DNA of 64,000 nt, from NCBI RefSeq assembly GCF_036321535.1, contig NC_087447.1:34102001-34166000 (forward strand), given 5' to 3'. Each line of letters starts with the position of its first letter. The stretch's first letter is position 1. A program made the position numbers and the translations under genes. Shown piece after piece: positions 25,006-37,815 of the stretch. A model generated the notes under the pieces. It searched no databases. It was not told the DNA's origin and saw nothing but the letters and a program-made list of their open reading frames with translations. Origin of the DNA: Camelus dromedarius. Taxonomy: Eukaryota.

Positions 25006-28000
25006 TACAGATCAACTCTGACTCAGTTACCAGAGAACTGGTTATGATGCTCAAGCGTAAGAAATGACATGTTAATCCTCATAATAAATGTTCTAAGTAG
25101 GAAGAAAAGAGTAGGAAGCCAAACAGACGAAACAATTCCAAAAAGCCCAAAAGGAATGACCGCTCCACACCATTCTACACATGCCAGACACTTTAGAAAC
25201 ACCATCTCCTTTCTTCCTCACTATCCACCGAAGACGTAGGATACCACTGCATAGCTGGGAAACAGACTCAGAAAAGGCAGCACATTCACCAAGGTCACAC
25301 AGCTGGCAAGCAAGGAATATGAAGTCAGGTCTTCTGACTCTGAGTCTAAAGCTTCTTCCCTTATACTATATCTCCAGAGCAGCATGCTGAGAGGACCACG
25401 AGTTCCCGACCAAATTTAAGTTTCTTATCTTGATCTGAGTACAGGCACATATGGCCTATTTTTTTTTTTTGAGTCTTTCAACATGGGCTTATTGTCTCAG
25501 AGCCAAAATACTCCCAACCTCATCCAAATGTTTCTTTTCATCTTCACCTCAACTCGAACTTGGGGTCCTCCAACCTCGCCACCATAAATCTGTTGAGCCA
25601 CTCTGTAGCTGCCGGCCCTCAACAAGTAACTAGGAAGGGAATTTTCAGTGATCTATCTGCACAAGATAAATGGAGACCGGGTTTTCTGGATGAGAGCTAT
25701 GCAAAGGCTTCACAGCAAAACTAGGGGGACTTCAGGTCTACCTGGGGCACAGTTCTCTCCACTCAAGGTACACTTGCAAAGCGCTGAAAAGAGATGGAGA
25801 CAGAGGAGCCTGCAGACTAGCACACACACCAGATAGTGGTCCTGAAGGAGGCAGAAAATAGCCAACTGCAGCAAAGCAACAAAGGCACCAGAATCACACT
25901 GAAATTCCAGCATGGGGGGAAGGAAGCAATAGAAGAGCATCCTTTCCATCTCTTCCCTGGGCTTTAAAACAATGAGGTTAACAGTAACCCTCTTGGGTCT
26001 TCATTTTTCTTACTCATAAAATGAAAATGCCCCACAGAGCCAGAGTTTCGGGGTTATGGATGGTACCTGGCTCACAGACGGTGTGATGCACATCAGCCCC
26101 TACTCCCCATCACCCCTCAGGGGCTCCGGAGGTGGAGCATGTTTTCCCTGGACGCGTCAGCACCCTCTGGTGAGTGGGAGCTCCTGGGTCCCAGGTTTAC
26201 TCTGATGAGGATTTAAAATGACCAAAAGTGAGGCCCCAGAAAGAAGAGTACCAAATAGTCATTACCAGTCATACTTCAGAGCAAAGCCTGGGACAGAGGA
26301 GACACTTGTTAAATGTTTGTTGACTTGAAATAATGAACACACAGAGTCTTCTCTGCAGTGCTGATTAGTGGACCCAAAGCGCAATCTCCCTTGGCTGAAC
26401 ACCTGGGGCCAAGCTGAGCCAGGCCCATAGCGCCTGTGTGTTCTGTTGACAACCTTACCGAAGAGGAGCCCCGTGAGGGGCAGGAAGTCTGTTCCAACAA
26501 GACACCAGACAGTCTAGATGGCGTGAAGGAGAGGAAGGAGCGCCTTGCTAAGCGTGATTCAGCACAGCAGCTCCTCTGCATGGCGTGGTGGGCGCGGGAT
26601 GGGGTGCTTCCGGGTGCTGTTTCCTACGTGAGCATCCCTAACGATCTCATCGCAAACCCCACTCACCCTAAGGAGATATCTCACAGGGGTTTGGGATGAG
26701 TAAGGGTGGAGGAGAGGGAGATACACTGAGTACTTTTATTCTGCACCAGGCACTGAACTAGGTATGAGATTACATCCCATCGCATAGAATCTTGGCAACA
26801 TGCTCGTTATTATGAGGAGGGTCTGGAAGAGTCCAGCAGCACTTGGCACGTGTCAGCTCACTCAGTCGGGTCACTGCAACTCCAGGCATCGTTCTCATTT
26901 GCAGAGGAGGAAAGCTGGCTTCCCAAAAGAAGAAAGTGAGAACAGAAAAACCTGCCCTCTTCTCGGACTCCTCCCCACCCCATTGTGCCTCTCAATGCAA
27001 ACATTTATCACCACCTGCCTTGGGTTAGAACTAAGTGTGGCGCACAGGGTGGTCCCCACCACAGGGCCAAAGCTTCTCCAGGGCATGAAATGGAAGGCTC
27101 TGGGACTGGGGTTTTCCTAAAGCCCCAGAGAGCACATTCCAGAGGCTGCCACGTACTCTGCTTAAATATTCAGCTGGCCCTGGTCTGGGGGTGGCTTGGA
27201 TGCCTGAGACAGTCTGAGGGCACTGGGTGGGTGCCAACAGGCAAGAGGGCAAGCTGGTAAAGATGGAGAGTGCTGAGGACCAAGGTCAAAAATTCCCAGC
27301 CAGTGTCAGCTTGGACGCTTCCATGTCCCTTGTCCAAGTGGCCCCAGGTCCGGCAGAGTTTAGTGTGAGAAGTCTAACCCCTGTGTGTCTGTTCCCAGGG
27401 CCTTACCTGGAGCTGGGACCCCCCTCTCTGGACTCCCAGAATTTCTGACCTGAGCCCCCCTACCTGTCTTGAATCTCCAAACCCATCCCAGGCACCGTTC
27501 TCATAAAAACATTCCTCATGCCCTTATGTCTTCATGCCCCTGCTCGGCCTGGCCACTTGTTCATCTTTCAGTGTCCAGCTCCCAGGCCCTGAAGGTGCTG
27601 CCACCGCTGCTGGTGGTGGACGCTATGGCAGTGCTGATGCTCTGTCCATGCACACCGGGCTCTGTGCCAAGTTCACAGGCATGAGCCCACTGAAGCCAGC
27701 TCGGGAACGTGCTCCAGGACCCAGGGCCACGGGTGGTGGAGCCGCCACGTTGGACTTCCCACGGCCCCCATCTCTCAGGAGGCTCTTGGTCTCCCCCTCA
27801 CGTCCCTGCAGAGTGCACTGCTCCCACACCATCCCACGCTGACCTAAGTGCCCTCCTCCTTCTAGGAGCTCCCCCCATGCTGTTAGAACCATGGCGGCTC
27901 TGGGTCTGGTTCATTTCCCCTGGCCTCAGTGTCTTGAAGCACAGTCCCCAGTACACAAGAAACTCAATAAACACTTTCTTAATGGAATTTCACTGTCTTT

Positions 28001-29055
28001 TGCCTGGAGCCTCCCCAGAAGGCAGACCAAAGGAAGGGTTTCCAGTTTCCACCTCCAGGAGAGCCTGAATGCTAGAGGGTGTCTCTGAGGACTGGCATGC
28101 AAAGGGGCCACCTCAGAAGGGCCTGAGGTATGGTTTTCTTCTCCAAAGCACCCACTTTTGTCCCCAGCTCCCTTTCCTTCCCTGCAGGATGCGGGTGGGT
28201 GGGGGAGATGGGAATGGATTCAAATCTCAAAGGGAGCTAGGAAATTCCCAAGAAGTCAGGGCCTAAGCCCAGTTTCCTGAGAAGACAAGACACCCCTATT
28301 TTTTCTCTCTTCCCCAGAAATTCCTAAGCCAACATTCACCATTAGTTATGAGTAACGGTCTGGGCTGCCCATGTCAAAGTTGGACCATACTTCATTTCTC
28401 CGTGGGGCTGTTCTCCAGTAAATCTTTTTGGAATCCTGCTCTCTGTCTGCTAAATCTATCGTCATCAACGGTGGCTAGAGCAGGCTTGGAAAGGCTGGAG
28501 AATTTCCCTGCTTTCAGCATGCTGTTAGCGCAATTGTTCTTTCTCCTCTGATAATAAAGCCGCCTGCTCGGCTGCTGATAAGGGCTGAGCCATTTCCCAC
28601 ACTCGGTCAATCCGGCGAGTCCGCGGTGTGTGGAAGAAGAAGACGTGTACACGGATGCTGCCCCGGCCATCAGGGACAGCTGATACTGGTAGCCAGAGCC
28701 ATCCATCAGCCGAACCCGTGTCAGATGACATCACAGCCGTGCAGGGAAAGCTGTTGCTGGTCCTCCAACACTTGGGGAAGTTAATCCTGCCCTGAGCTCA
28801 CTTACTCTACCCAGGGAGCCGCTTAGGAAAACAGGGGTCATTATGTTTGCCTGGGATATTTAACACCACGGAAAATACCAGACGGGGCAAAGTATTCCTG
28901 GTTTCTGTGAATGCATACACCGCTAAGACCTGTCAGTGAGGAAACCCAAGGGGAGCAGAGAGGAATGGAAAGACCTATAGACTGGGACCTGCCCCAGCCC
29001 CACATCAAACTGGCTGGGCCTGAGGCTTCATGCTGGAGTGCCAGTGTGTTTTTCA

Positions 29056-29058
<3 letters not shown>

Positions 29059-29096
<38 letters not shown>
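29059..29096 (+). repeat. (GT)19 microsatellite
   Basis: Seen directly. Confidence 0.97.
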
Positions 29097-29100
<4 letters not shown>

Positions 29101-30314
29101 AAATGTAGTTCTTTAGGGCCAAGCAGTTTGCCCAAGGCCAAGATCTGTCTGTCTGCAGGGCTGTCTCCAACTGTCCATGACATTTCAACCTTCCTACCAT
29201 CCCTGAGACTCACCCAGTGGCTTACCGGAAACCTGGGATCCTCAAGCTTTCCAAGAGCCCCACCAGCCATGATCATTTCAGAGAAACTGACCCAGAGAAA
29301 CAAGAGCCCATCTTTTTCAAATCCCAGAGATGCTGGCCACACCCGGCTGGAAACTGCCCTGACACCGTGCCTTTCAGGATGGCCTCACCTAAAATCACTT
29401 CTCTTGGCTTCAGGCTCGTTTTGGCCACAAGGCGTATTTTGGTTCCTACCAGTCTGCCAGGAACAACAGCCCATCAGGGTTACCGCAGGTCTGGCCCGGA
29501 AAGACCATGAGAAGTCTTCTCCAGATAAGAAAGAGCCTTTCACGCTATCAATGCCACCTTTTTGACTCAGGGGGTCGCCTGCTGTGTTCTACGCTGACTT
29601 GGTGAGAAACGCTTCCCTCATTTGTCCCCTGAAGGTCCCTGGAGGGAGGAAGAGGGAGGGGCACCTCGGCCCCCACCCCCACCCCCGCGGTGTGGGCTCC
29701 GGGACCTGAGCTGTCTCTGGTTCCTGTGCTGCCAGGGTCCAGCTCACCGGGACAGAGGTGGTCCAGGTCTGGAACAAGCAGACTGTACGAGACAGGGCCG
29801 AGGAGAGGAAGACCACACAGCTGGGGTGTCAAGTTCAAGGGGCTTCAATCTGAAGCCCCTCCTCATCCAGAGGTATGTAACTGCTTGCTTTGCTGACGGT
29901 CAGCTGTCTCATTCATTCAGTGAGTATTCACCAGCCACTGACTATGGAATAGGCCCTGCGCCAGCCAATGAAGATAGGGGAGCATCTGAGGCAGATCTAA
30001 CTTTGATCTTTAAGAGCTGGAAACAGATATGGGCTCTGTCCCTTCCAGAATTAATTAATGCACTGAAACAGTCGAAAAAAATATTTTGTATGGTGCCTTG
30101 TTTGATTTTATACACACATAGATATCTGCAATAATTCCAATGAAGTGCTATCAGGGCTATTACAGGAATGTCAAGTACCATGAGGGCCCAGAAGAAAGAA
30201 TCACCACCTCTGCTTGGATAGAATCAGGGAAGGCTTCCTTGAGGAGGTGACCTGGCAGGCAAAGACAGGAAGGCCACCTAAGTGCAGGGTGTTGCACATG
30301 AGAATGATGTACCC

Positions 30315-30671
30315 TGTCAGGCTAAATGTTTATGCTTCCCCCACCCCCGGCCAATTTATATGTCGAAGTCGTAGTCACCGATGTGATGATATCTGGAGGT
30401 GGAGCTTCTGGGAGGTTACTGGGTTTGATGAGGTCATGAGGGTGGGCCCCGATAATGGGATTAGTGCCCTTAGAGGAAGACAAAGACACTCCACAGCTTC
30501 TCTCTGCTGTGGGAGGACACAGCAAGCCAGCAAGGGGGCCCTCACCAGAACCCGCCCATGCCGGCACCTGGATCACGGACCTCCAGCCTCCAGAGCTGTG
30601 AGAAACAACGTCCGTTGCGTACCCACCCAGCCTGTGGTATCGTGCTGTAGCAGCCTGAGGTGACTAAGACA
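30315..30671 (+). mobile_element. MLT1A-like complete solo LTR inside a minus-strand L2 remnant
   Basis: TG...CA termini, 5-bp TSD (t/c)accc, and gatgaggtcatgagggtggg / cctccagcctccagagctgtgagaaa / gtagcagcc...gactaagaca motifs. Confidence 0.85.
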
Positions 30672-33098
30672 CACCCTGACGTGCTCACGGAGCTACACGT
30701 AATTCAGCAGGGATGGTTCCTCACCTTCTGAGGGCTCAAGTCTCCCAGAAGGCACACATGGTAGCTCTGGATGGAGCAATCCGACACCTTAACAGGGAAG
30801 ACTTCAGCCATCAAAAACCAGGCTCTGAAGACCAGCTTGCTCACAACCCCACTTTCTCCCCTACACTGCACTATGGGTCAGGCCACATTTAAAGATAAGT
30901 CAGCTTCCACAATCTCCACTTTCTCAGCCTTGAATAACACCATCTCTCAGTCTTACGCCAAATATGATGATTTTTTGAATTAAAAGCAAAGCTCAGAAGC
31001 ACATCCTGTATTGGCCACTAGATGGAGCTATGCATTGTACCAAAAGGATATGAGAGACTAAATTGATTTCCTCCGAATGTTCTGCAAATAGAATCACTGA
31101 CTTTCACAGCTGGTGGTGGCAAGTCACACAAGCCCAAGGTCCTGAGAGGGCAGGCCTGAAAGACAGACCACTCACAAAATATTTATTAAATTCCTACTTA
31201 TGTTATTCTCTGGCATTGAGAAAAATAATGGGCCCCTCTGCCTTCTTGGTGCTCCATGTTTGGCGGAGAAGACAGACACACACACACAGTGCATGACATT
31301 TCCTGAGCATCCCAGATTCTGCCAGGTGCTCTTCAAGTTCTATCTCTAATTCCGAAATGTTAAAAACGGGTTCCAATTCATTTGGCAGGGCCAGGATGAA
31401 ATCTCAAATCTGCTTGCCTCTTAAGACTGTACTCTTTCCTCAACGCCACCCAGTCCCTCTCAAATGCTTCCTATGCAAAGAGAAAGGTTCTCACCTAACC
31501 TAGGTGTGAACCAAGGCCACCAGAAACACACAAGACAGAGCTAACTCTGACTGAGGGAGTCCAGGAGGGCATCACAGAGGAGGTTTTTTGTTTTTTTTTT
31601 AAAGGATCAGTCAGATGGGCTAGAGGGGAAAGGAATTCCAGGGAGAAAGCAGCATGTCCTCTGGCACGGAGCTTTGCAAATGCAGGAAACAGCCTTTGGT
31701 AACAAATGGCAGCCAGTCCAAGGCAGTGGGGAGTGTGGGGTGGGTGAGGAGGGAGGTGGCCAGGGAGAAGGCAGGGAGGGCAGCTGAGGGAAAGACCATA
31801 AACAGCCTCCCTTGTTCAGTTAAAAAGTTGAGATCAGTTCCCACAGGCAATGGGAAGCCATCAAAGGCTCCTGGAGAAATTTCTGATGTTAAATTTAAAT
31901 GGTATTTTTTTTTTCACCCGGAAGGGGAGGTAGAGTCATACTTTGGAACATTATACAATTCAGTGCCTCCTTTGAAAAGAAAAATAAAAATCTTTCCAAA
32001 CATATGGACGCTAAGTCTTTCCCTTTAATTTTAGTCTATACCATATGGCACTCTGAATTTTTAGAAGATGAATAGACCGATTGACTTCACAGATTAAAAC
32101 TTAGTCAGAGACATCTTCTTCTGTTACTTTTATTTCTTTTCCACTAACTACAGCTGAAGCCCAATTTATCAATCTAATAAAATGAAGTAGTGAGGTCAGT
32201 CAATTTCTTGTAAAGTACTTAGACATGCCTGGCACATACTAAATGCAATAGAAGGGTTTAATAAATACACATACACAGAGACCAAAGGCATGTGCCATTA
32301 GTTTCTTAGTTAAACTCCACGGAAATCAAGTGATGTCAGTCCCCGCTTAGAGAGAACTGAATGATACACACAGGTGCCTGTGCGCTCAGATCCAGTGGAG
32401 ACAATGAACTGGAGACATCAAAAGACAGCTGCTCTACCAAGATGAGGTACAGTGTTATTTTTTAAATAAAGGCCATATGTCTTCAGAAACTAGAAATTTA
32501 CTTCCCTATCAGCCTGGCTAAATAAACTCGCTGTAAAGTTTTACAAGAACTTTCCTCAAAGAGCCTCCATACTGATTTATATATTCCTCATACATCAAGG
32601 CTGTTTCCACTAAGCCAAGCAAACATCTGGATGAAAACAGCCATCATTTCATTGTTTCCAAGCGCCTGGATCTTTGAGATTGATAAGACATCCAGACCCA
32701 GTCTGAAACTGTGTGTCTTTATCAGATATCTGCCATCAATCAGACACAGCCTCAAAGAGAAATCTCATGGTAGAAGGTTAAAAACCCAATTAACTGTAGT
32801 GCTTCAAGGCTTTGGGAAGTTGAATGATGTGCTTAATGTCACGAGCTCACGAGGGACAGAGCAGGACTGAAGCTCATCTGCTGTCTTTTTCCCACTACAC
32901 CAGTTGCCTCAGGATTTTGACTTACTGGGCAGCTTCTGAAGCACAGACTAAATGACTAGTCCTTCCATATCTACAACCTTGTCATGTTTAGAACAGGAAA
33001 AAGAACTGAGTACAAAGGACATTAAATGGCGTGTCCTGAACTCTGCATGTAAAGCCAAACCGATAACCTGGCCTCAAAGCAGAAACTCGAGTGCATCT

Positions 33099-33112
33099 CC
33101 AATAGAGGGCAG
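33099..33112 (+). promoter_or_regulatory. CTCF-like core motif
   Basis: CCAATAGAGGGCAG, one mismatch to CCASYAGRKGGCRS. Motif match only. Confidence 0.35.
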
Positions 33113-34061
33113 TCATGTTTGAACAGCGCTGTACAACGTCACAACCAGAAGGAGCACTAAATGCCATCTGGGCTGCCTCTCTTCATTGTGCAGGTAAATG
33201 TCTACATTAAAAGGGAGGGAGGGGAGTGGGTTGGAAATAGAACAGAGTTCTCTGATTTCAATAACTGGGTGGTTTGCTTACATTTTCTGCACTTTTATCT
33301 ACACTTGCTCTAAGCGCTATCTCACGTGCTAAAAATGTAAGCTTCCCAAAGCAGAAGTGAAATATAAACATTTGTGCTTTTTTTTTTTTTTTAGCAGGGG
33401 CAAAGGCTCTGGTTTGAATAGCTGAAGAAACTAAGCATTTCCCCGCTAAGGTTCAGTTTAGGGTGTTTCAATGTCTCCACCTTGTGGAAACTGTCAGTAC
33501 TACATCAACATAAATACATCTTCACGTATTGATCGAAAGATTGACCTGAAAAGAAAATGAACTCTTTCTTACAGGATACAAAAATCTCAAAATAATCCCA
33601 AAATATTTTGGTAGTATATTACAGTAGTAAATGATAATGGTAACCTTGAGGCCAGGCTGAATACCAAAGGTCTTCTAAATAATAATAGAAGATTAAATTA
33701 CATGCAACTTTAGTAATAGGTATTCGTTACTACTTCCACACTCATGTAAAACTGGAGACACAAAATGATGCTCTCACTTAATTGGATCATTTGAATTATC
33801 AGGCCATTCACTTTCCTAGCCATCCGGAGAGCAGGAACTTGTCATATTATAAGGGTTTGGTGGCTCCTGTCTTCCAAGATTTCACTATGGCATGGTTCTA
33901 AAAGTCACAGGCAGGAAGCCAAAGCAACTCTCTGTAAGATTTTAATTAATTAAAAGAACACTTCCAGTCAGACAGGCAGAAATAAGCAAAAGTAAATCAA
34001 TTTTGAAATAAAGGCAAGTAGTCGTGCTATTTCATCACAGCGCTACAATGTCGGGCAAGAC

Positions 34062-34300
34062 GGGGCAGCATAGTGGTTAAAGCGAGACAGCTAGGAAGCC
34101 ACTGGCCCTGGGCTCTGCCTCTTAACCACTTAACCTGGGCAAGTTATTTAGCCTTCCTGAACCTCAGTTTACTCGCCCATAAGATGGGGATGTTACCTCC
34201 CTCGAAGGACTATTGTGAGGGTGGGACAGATAATATATATATAGAAAGCGTCCAGCACAGTGCTTGGCACGCAGTGGGAGAACGAGCTATTATTACAATT
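34062..34300 (+). mobile_element. MIR, near full length
   Basis: cagcatagtggttaa...acctgggcaagttattt...cctcagttt...aagatgggg...cagcacagtgcttggcac. Confidence 0.8.
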
Positions 34301-34629
34301 ATGAAAATACTGACTCACCCACGAGGTGCTTGCTCATGAAAATGAGTGGCATGGCCATTCTGCCTGATTTTTATGATCTGTAATTTTGCCTGCTAGAATG
34401 TCAGAGAAGGAAAGGATCTTGGAGAACTTCTGGGCAACCCAGATAAAGAGTGATGAAGAAGTAAGTCACAGGCAAGTGGAGTCAACAGATGCATGTTCAG
34501 TTTACAAGGTGACCTGGAAGTGGGGCAGAAAAAGAAGCCAAGCCTATGGCCACACGCGGTCACAGGCCGGCTCGGACACCAGCTCATCACTCCCCTTGAC
34601 TTCACCTGCTACAGAGAGGTTGGGCTTGT

Positions 34630-35130
34630 TCCTTCATTCCTTGAGCTACATGCTTGTTAATTCAGCAATGTTTGTAAGCTCTTCCACAGACAACACACTG
34701 GGGATTCAGTGGTGACCAAGCCAGATGCTGCCTCTGCTGCACAGCCCTTCTTGTTGCAAGGAGTGAGCAGGGAGACAGATCAAAACCCATCCTCAGGATA
34801 ATTTGAAACAGTGATAAGCTTTCAAAAAGAGCATAAGATAGGGTGATGGAGAAGACTAGGCCTGGGGCAGGCTACAAAAATGACTTCAAGTTGAAGGAGC
34901 AAGGAGGACCTCTCCAAAGAGATGCCTGCTGAGCAGCCAGAAGGAACCGGGGAAACAGATCTGGGCAACAGAATGCAGACAGAGAAACAGTGCAAAGGCC
35001 CTGAGGCAGAAAAGAGTTTGATGAGACTGAGAAATAGAACAAACAGCTGCAGCAGCAGAAGCAAGGAGGGTGGAAGATGATGAGATCTAAGAGGCAGATA
35101 AAGGCCAGATCCTGTAGGGCCAGGCAGCCT
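34630..35130 (-). mobile_element. L2 3' region
   Basis: ctggggattcagtggtgaccaag; cagtgcaaaggccctgaggcag; ggccagatcctgtagggcc. Confidence 0.65.
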
Positions 35131-35442
35131 AAGTGCAAGGCACATTTAAAGCACTGACACAATATGGTTGGTTGCCCAGTGTCACTCTGGCTGCTGGTGG
35201 AGCCTTGCTGGAACTGCCCAGCAAGTTACTGCCAAACCTGACTGCCGCCCAGGTTTTGTAATTCACCCCAGAAGGCTTCCCTCCACACACACATGCGCCG
35301 AGGTGGACATAAGGGGAGGAAGGCGGTTCGCTCTCCTCCAGAGAATGTGAATCAGCCCTGCAGAAGAGGCAGCAGGTGCCACGCCTCCCCCCACCCACGC
35401 CCTGCCCTGCTCTGGGAATAGAGGGAAGGCCCAGGAACTCAC

Positions 35443-35832
35443 CCACTCGTGATGTCGTCTGCCCGGATGTTCTTGCTCAGAACGTCCCCATCGCTCATGT
35501 AGCCAGGGGCGTCCATGCCGAGGCCTTCCAGGTCCATCTCGTCTCCTGCCTTGTCCGAGACGTCCACGTGGCAGACGCCGCTGCCCCTGGAGGCCAGCTG
35601 CCTCCGCAGGGGGGCGGAGTACACATAGCGGCCTGACTCGGCGTTGATGAAGCGGCTGGCGTTGGCGCGGGGCGGGTACCCGTTGCCCATGGAGGGGGCA
35701 TCTCCCGCCTGGAGCCGAGGGCTGGACTGGCCGAGCCTCCAGGAGAGAGGGGTGGGCCTGCCCGTCAGGCTGAGAATACTGCGCCCGCTTATCTCCGTGG
35801 TGACGTTGGTGTCAAACGTGGTTTCCAATGTG
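35443..35832 (-). CDS. NAV2: NAV2 coding exon (390 nt; about exon 10), TLETTFDTNV...GYMSDGDVLSKNIRADDITS(G)
   Basis: Conserved navigator motifs (SPRLQAGDAPS, GYMSDG). Acceptor ttttgtgtttttAG, donor GG|GTGAGT. Phase 2-2. Confidence 0.97.
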
Positions 35833-37706
35833 CTAAAAACACAAAACCAGCCTTGGGTTAGAACCCAATGTGCCTGGGAGCCTTTGCAGTTCTTTAATTT
35901 TTTTTTCAGAATGATGAAATATTTCCCATATACAAAATAGGAACAAATAATAGGGACCAACACACCACCCAGTGCCAGTCCTTCGTTAAGACGAAGCTGC
36001 CATCTACGTGACATTTGCAAAAGCCCAGTGGAGACTTTTCCCCTAAAACATGCTACAAGATACCCATTTCCAATTACTTTAAATAAATGATCTTAACCAC
36101 TGGAATCTTCTTTCCAGCCCAGGACAGGAAGCAGAAAATGCTGGACTGGTGAGGATGGGCAGCCGCCGCCCCCCTGGTCCAAGGATGCTGCATCTCAGCT
36201 CTCCTTTCCTAAGGCAGGATGTGCGCGTCCACTCCAGAGTTTCTAAGATCATTTCACATCTTCAGCTCCCTCTGGACAAAGCAGGTAGTGAGGGCCCGGA
36301 TTTTCTAACTCTGTAATATCAATTTTCCCCCGACTTTTGTGCAAAATGACAACTACATTTCGGTGGCAAAAGGCCAGGAAAGAGTGGTAAATGCCTCTGC
36401 TCGAGATCTGGGATCTGTAATAAATCAAACTAGCTGGGTCTGAATCTCAGGAGACTGAGATGTTCCTGGCCGTCAAGAAGCCTCTGTTGCAATCAGTCCA
36501 CTGTCTTTCTAGCCTTGCAGGTCTTATGGCACCATAGACAACCAGTGTACTCAGAACTGCGCTAGCATCTAGTAACTGAGCCGAGAGAGCGATCTTTCCC
36601 ATAGGAGAAAAAGCTTGGGCTCTCCCTCCAGTCATGATTACCATCCTAGCCCAAGCCAAGAGGTCCACCAAGCTGTTGTAATCCACAGTAAGTCATCATG
36701 GCAAAGATGGTGGAAACAGCGGTACTTCAAACTCAATCACAGAGTCAGGGTTCCAGCACCTGGCTCCACGCCGTCAAGAATCTACGGACTTATCCATGTC
36801 CCCTGGACAATTTACTCTCCTCTAAAGAAGAACCAGTTTGTTGCCTCCACTGTTTTTGTTTCCCTCCAAACCTGGAAGCAGTGGGCCTGACTTTCCTCAC
36901 ATTAGGAGCCCCTAAGGTTCGGGTCCTGGTCTTTAAGAACCCACAGTGCTTAACCCTGATCTGTCAAAGTTGCTGGCAGGGAGGAAGCCCTGCAGTCTCC
37001 TTGCTGTATTCATTTATCAAAGACTGAATGAAACTGGAGAAGCAAAGGAGACCCTCCTTCCACCCAGGAGCTCACTGGGGGCAGCTGGGCCTGTACTGAT
37101 TATCAAGGCCAAACGCAAACCGTGAGACCTGGTTCTGCCAAAACCAAGGGTATCCCGGCGCTGCATCCTCTTCACCCTCTGGCTCAACAATGAAAAGAAG
37201 CTGATAAATGGTTCCAATGTAATCCTAGATTTCATCCAACGAAATCACGGTTTAAACACGATCCTACGTTTTTGTAAATATTTCCGTACGTGTCTCATAC
37301 ACGTGCATGACTAACAACATTACGGAGTGCTGTGGGTCAGAAGACAGGGTAGGAATTCAAGTTATTCACTTTATCACACAGGTCAAATACAGTTCACCTG
37401 CTCGTTTCAACAGCACAGTATCGTTTTGGAAAACACAAGCAAGGGGAAATTTAAATGCAGCTGGCCTGCAATATCCTCTGTGGAACAGACTGGGCAAACC
37501 TCTGCTTTGGGCAGGGTCCTGTCTCTACTGGTTTTTGTTCCTGACACTTCTGCACGCCGCGCGGCATTCTTGGGTGAATTCTAACATATCTGGTGATCAC
37601 GGTTATTTATTCCATTATTAACCAAATCACTTTGCTAGCGGCAGGTGCAGCCATGTGAAAATCAAGTTACTAGCGAGCTCAGTATGGCGATTCGCGCTCC
37701 AGGTAC

Positions 37707-37815
37707 CTGTGTGTGACCTGAGTGCCCCGTAGGCTGGACATGGTCTCCTCCAGGTTCTGCCGCAGATCAGCGATGTTCTTCACTGTGCGCAGTCGCCGAG
37801 CCTCCGGATCTTCCC
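37707..37815 (-). CDS. NAV2: NAV2 coding exon (109 nt; about exon 9), EDPEARRLRTVKNIADLRQNLEETMSSLRGTQVTH(S), coiled-coil-like
   Basis: Conserved navigator motif. Acceptor ctcatctctccAG, donor AG|GTACCT. Phase 1 in, phase 2 out. Confidence 0.96.

Noticed and set aside
29038..30134. 175-aa and 170-aa plus-strand ORFs
   Set aside because: Non-ATG starts, include (GT)n or L2 sequence, and lack protein-like signal or splice context.
35833..36020. N-terminal extension of the 193-aa ORF (similarly 49302-49353 and 37816-37897)
   Set aside because: Intronic read-through upstream of clear AG acceptors; NAV2 similarity starts at the splice sites.
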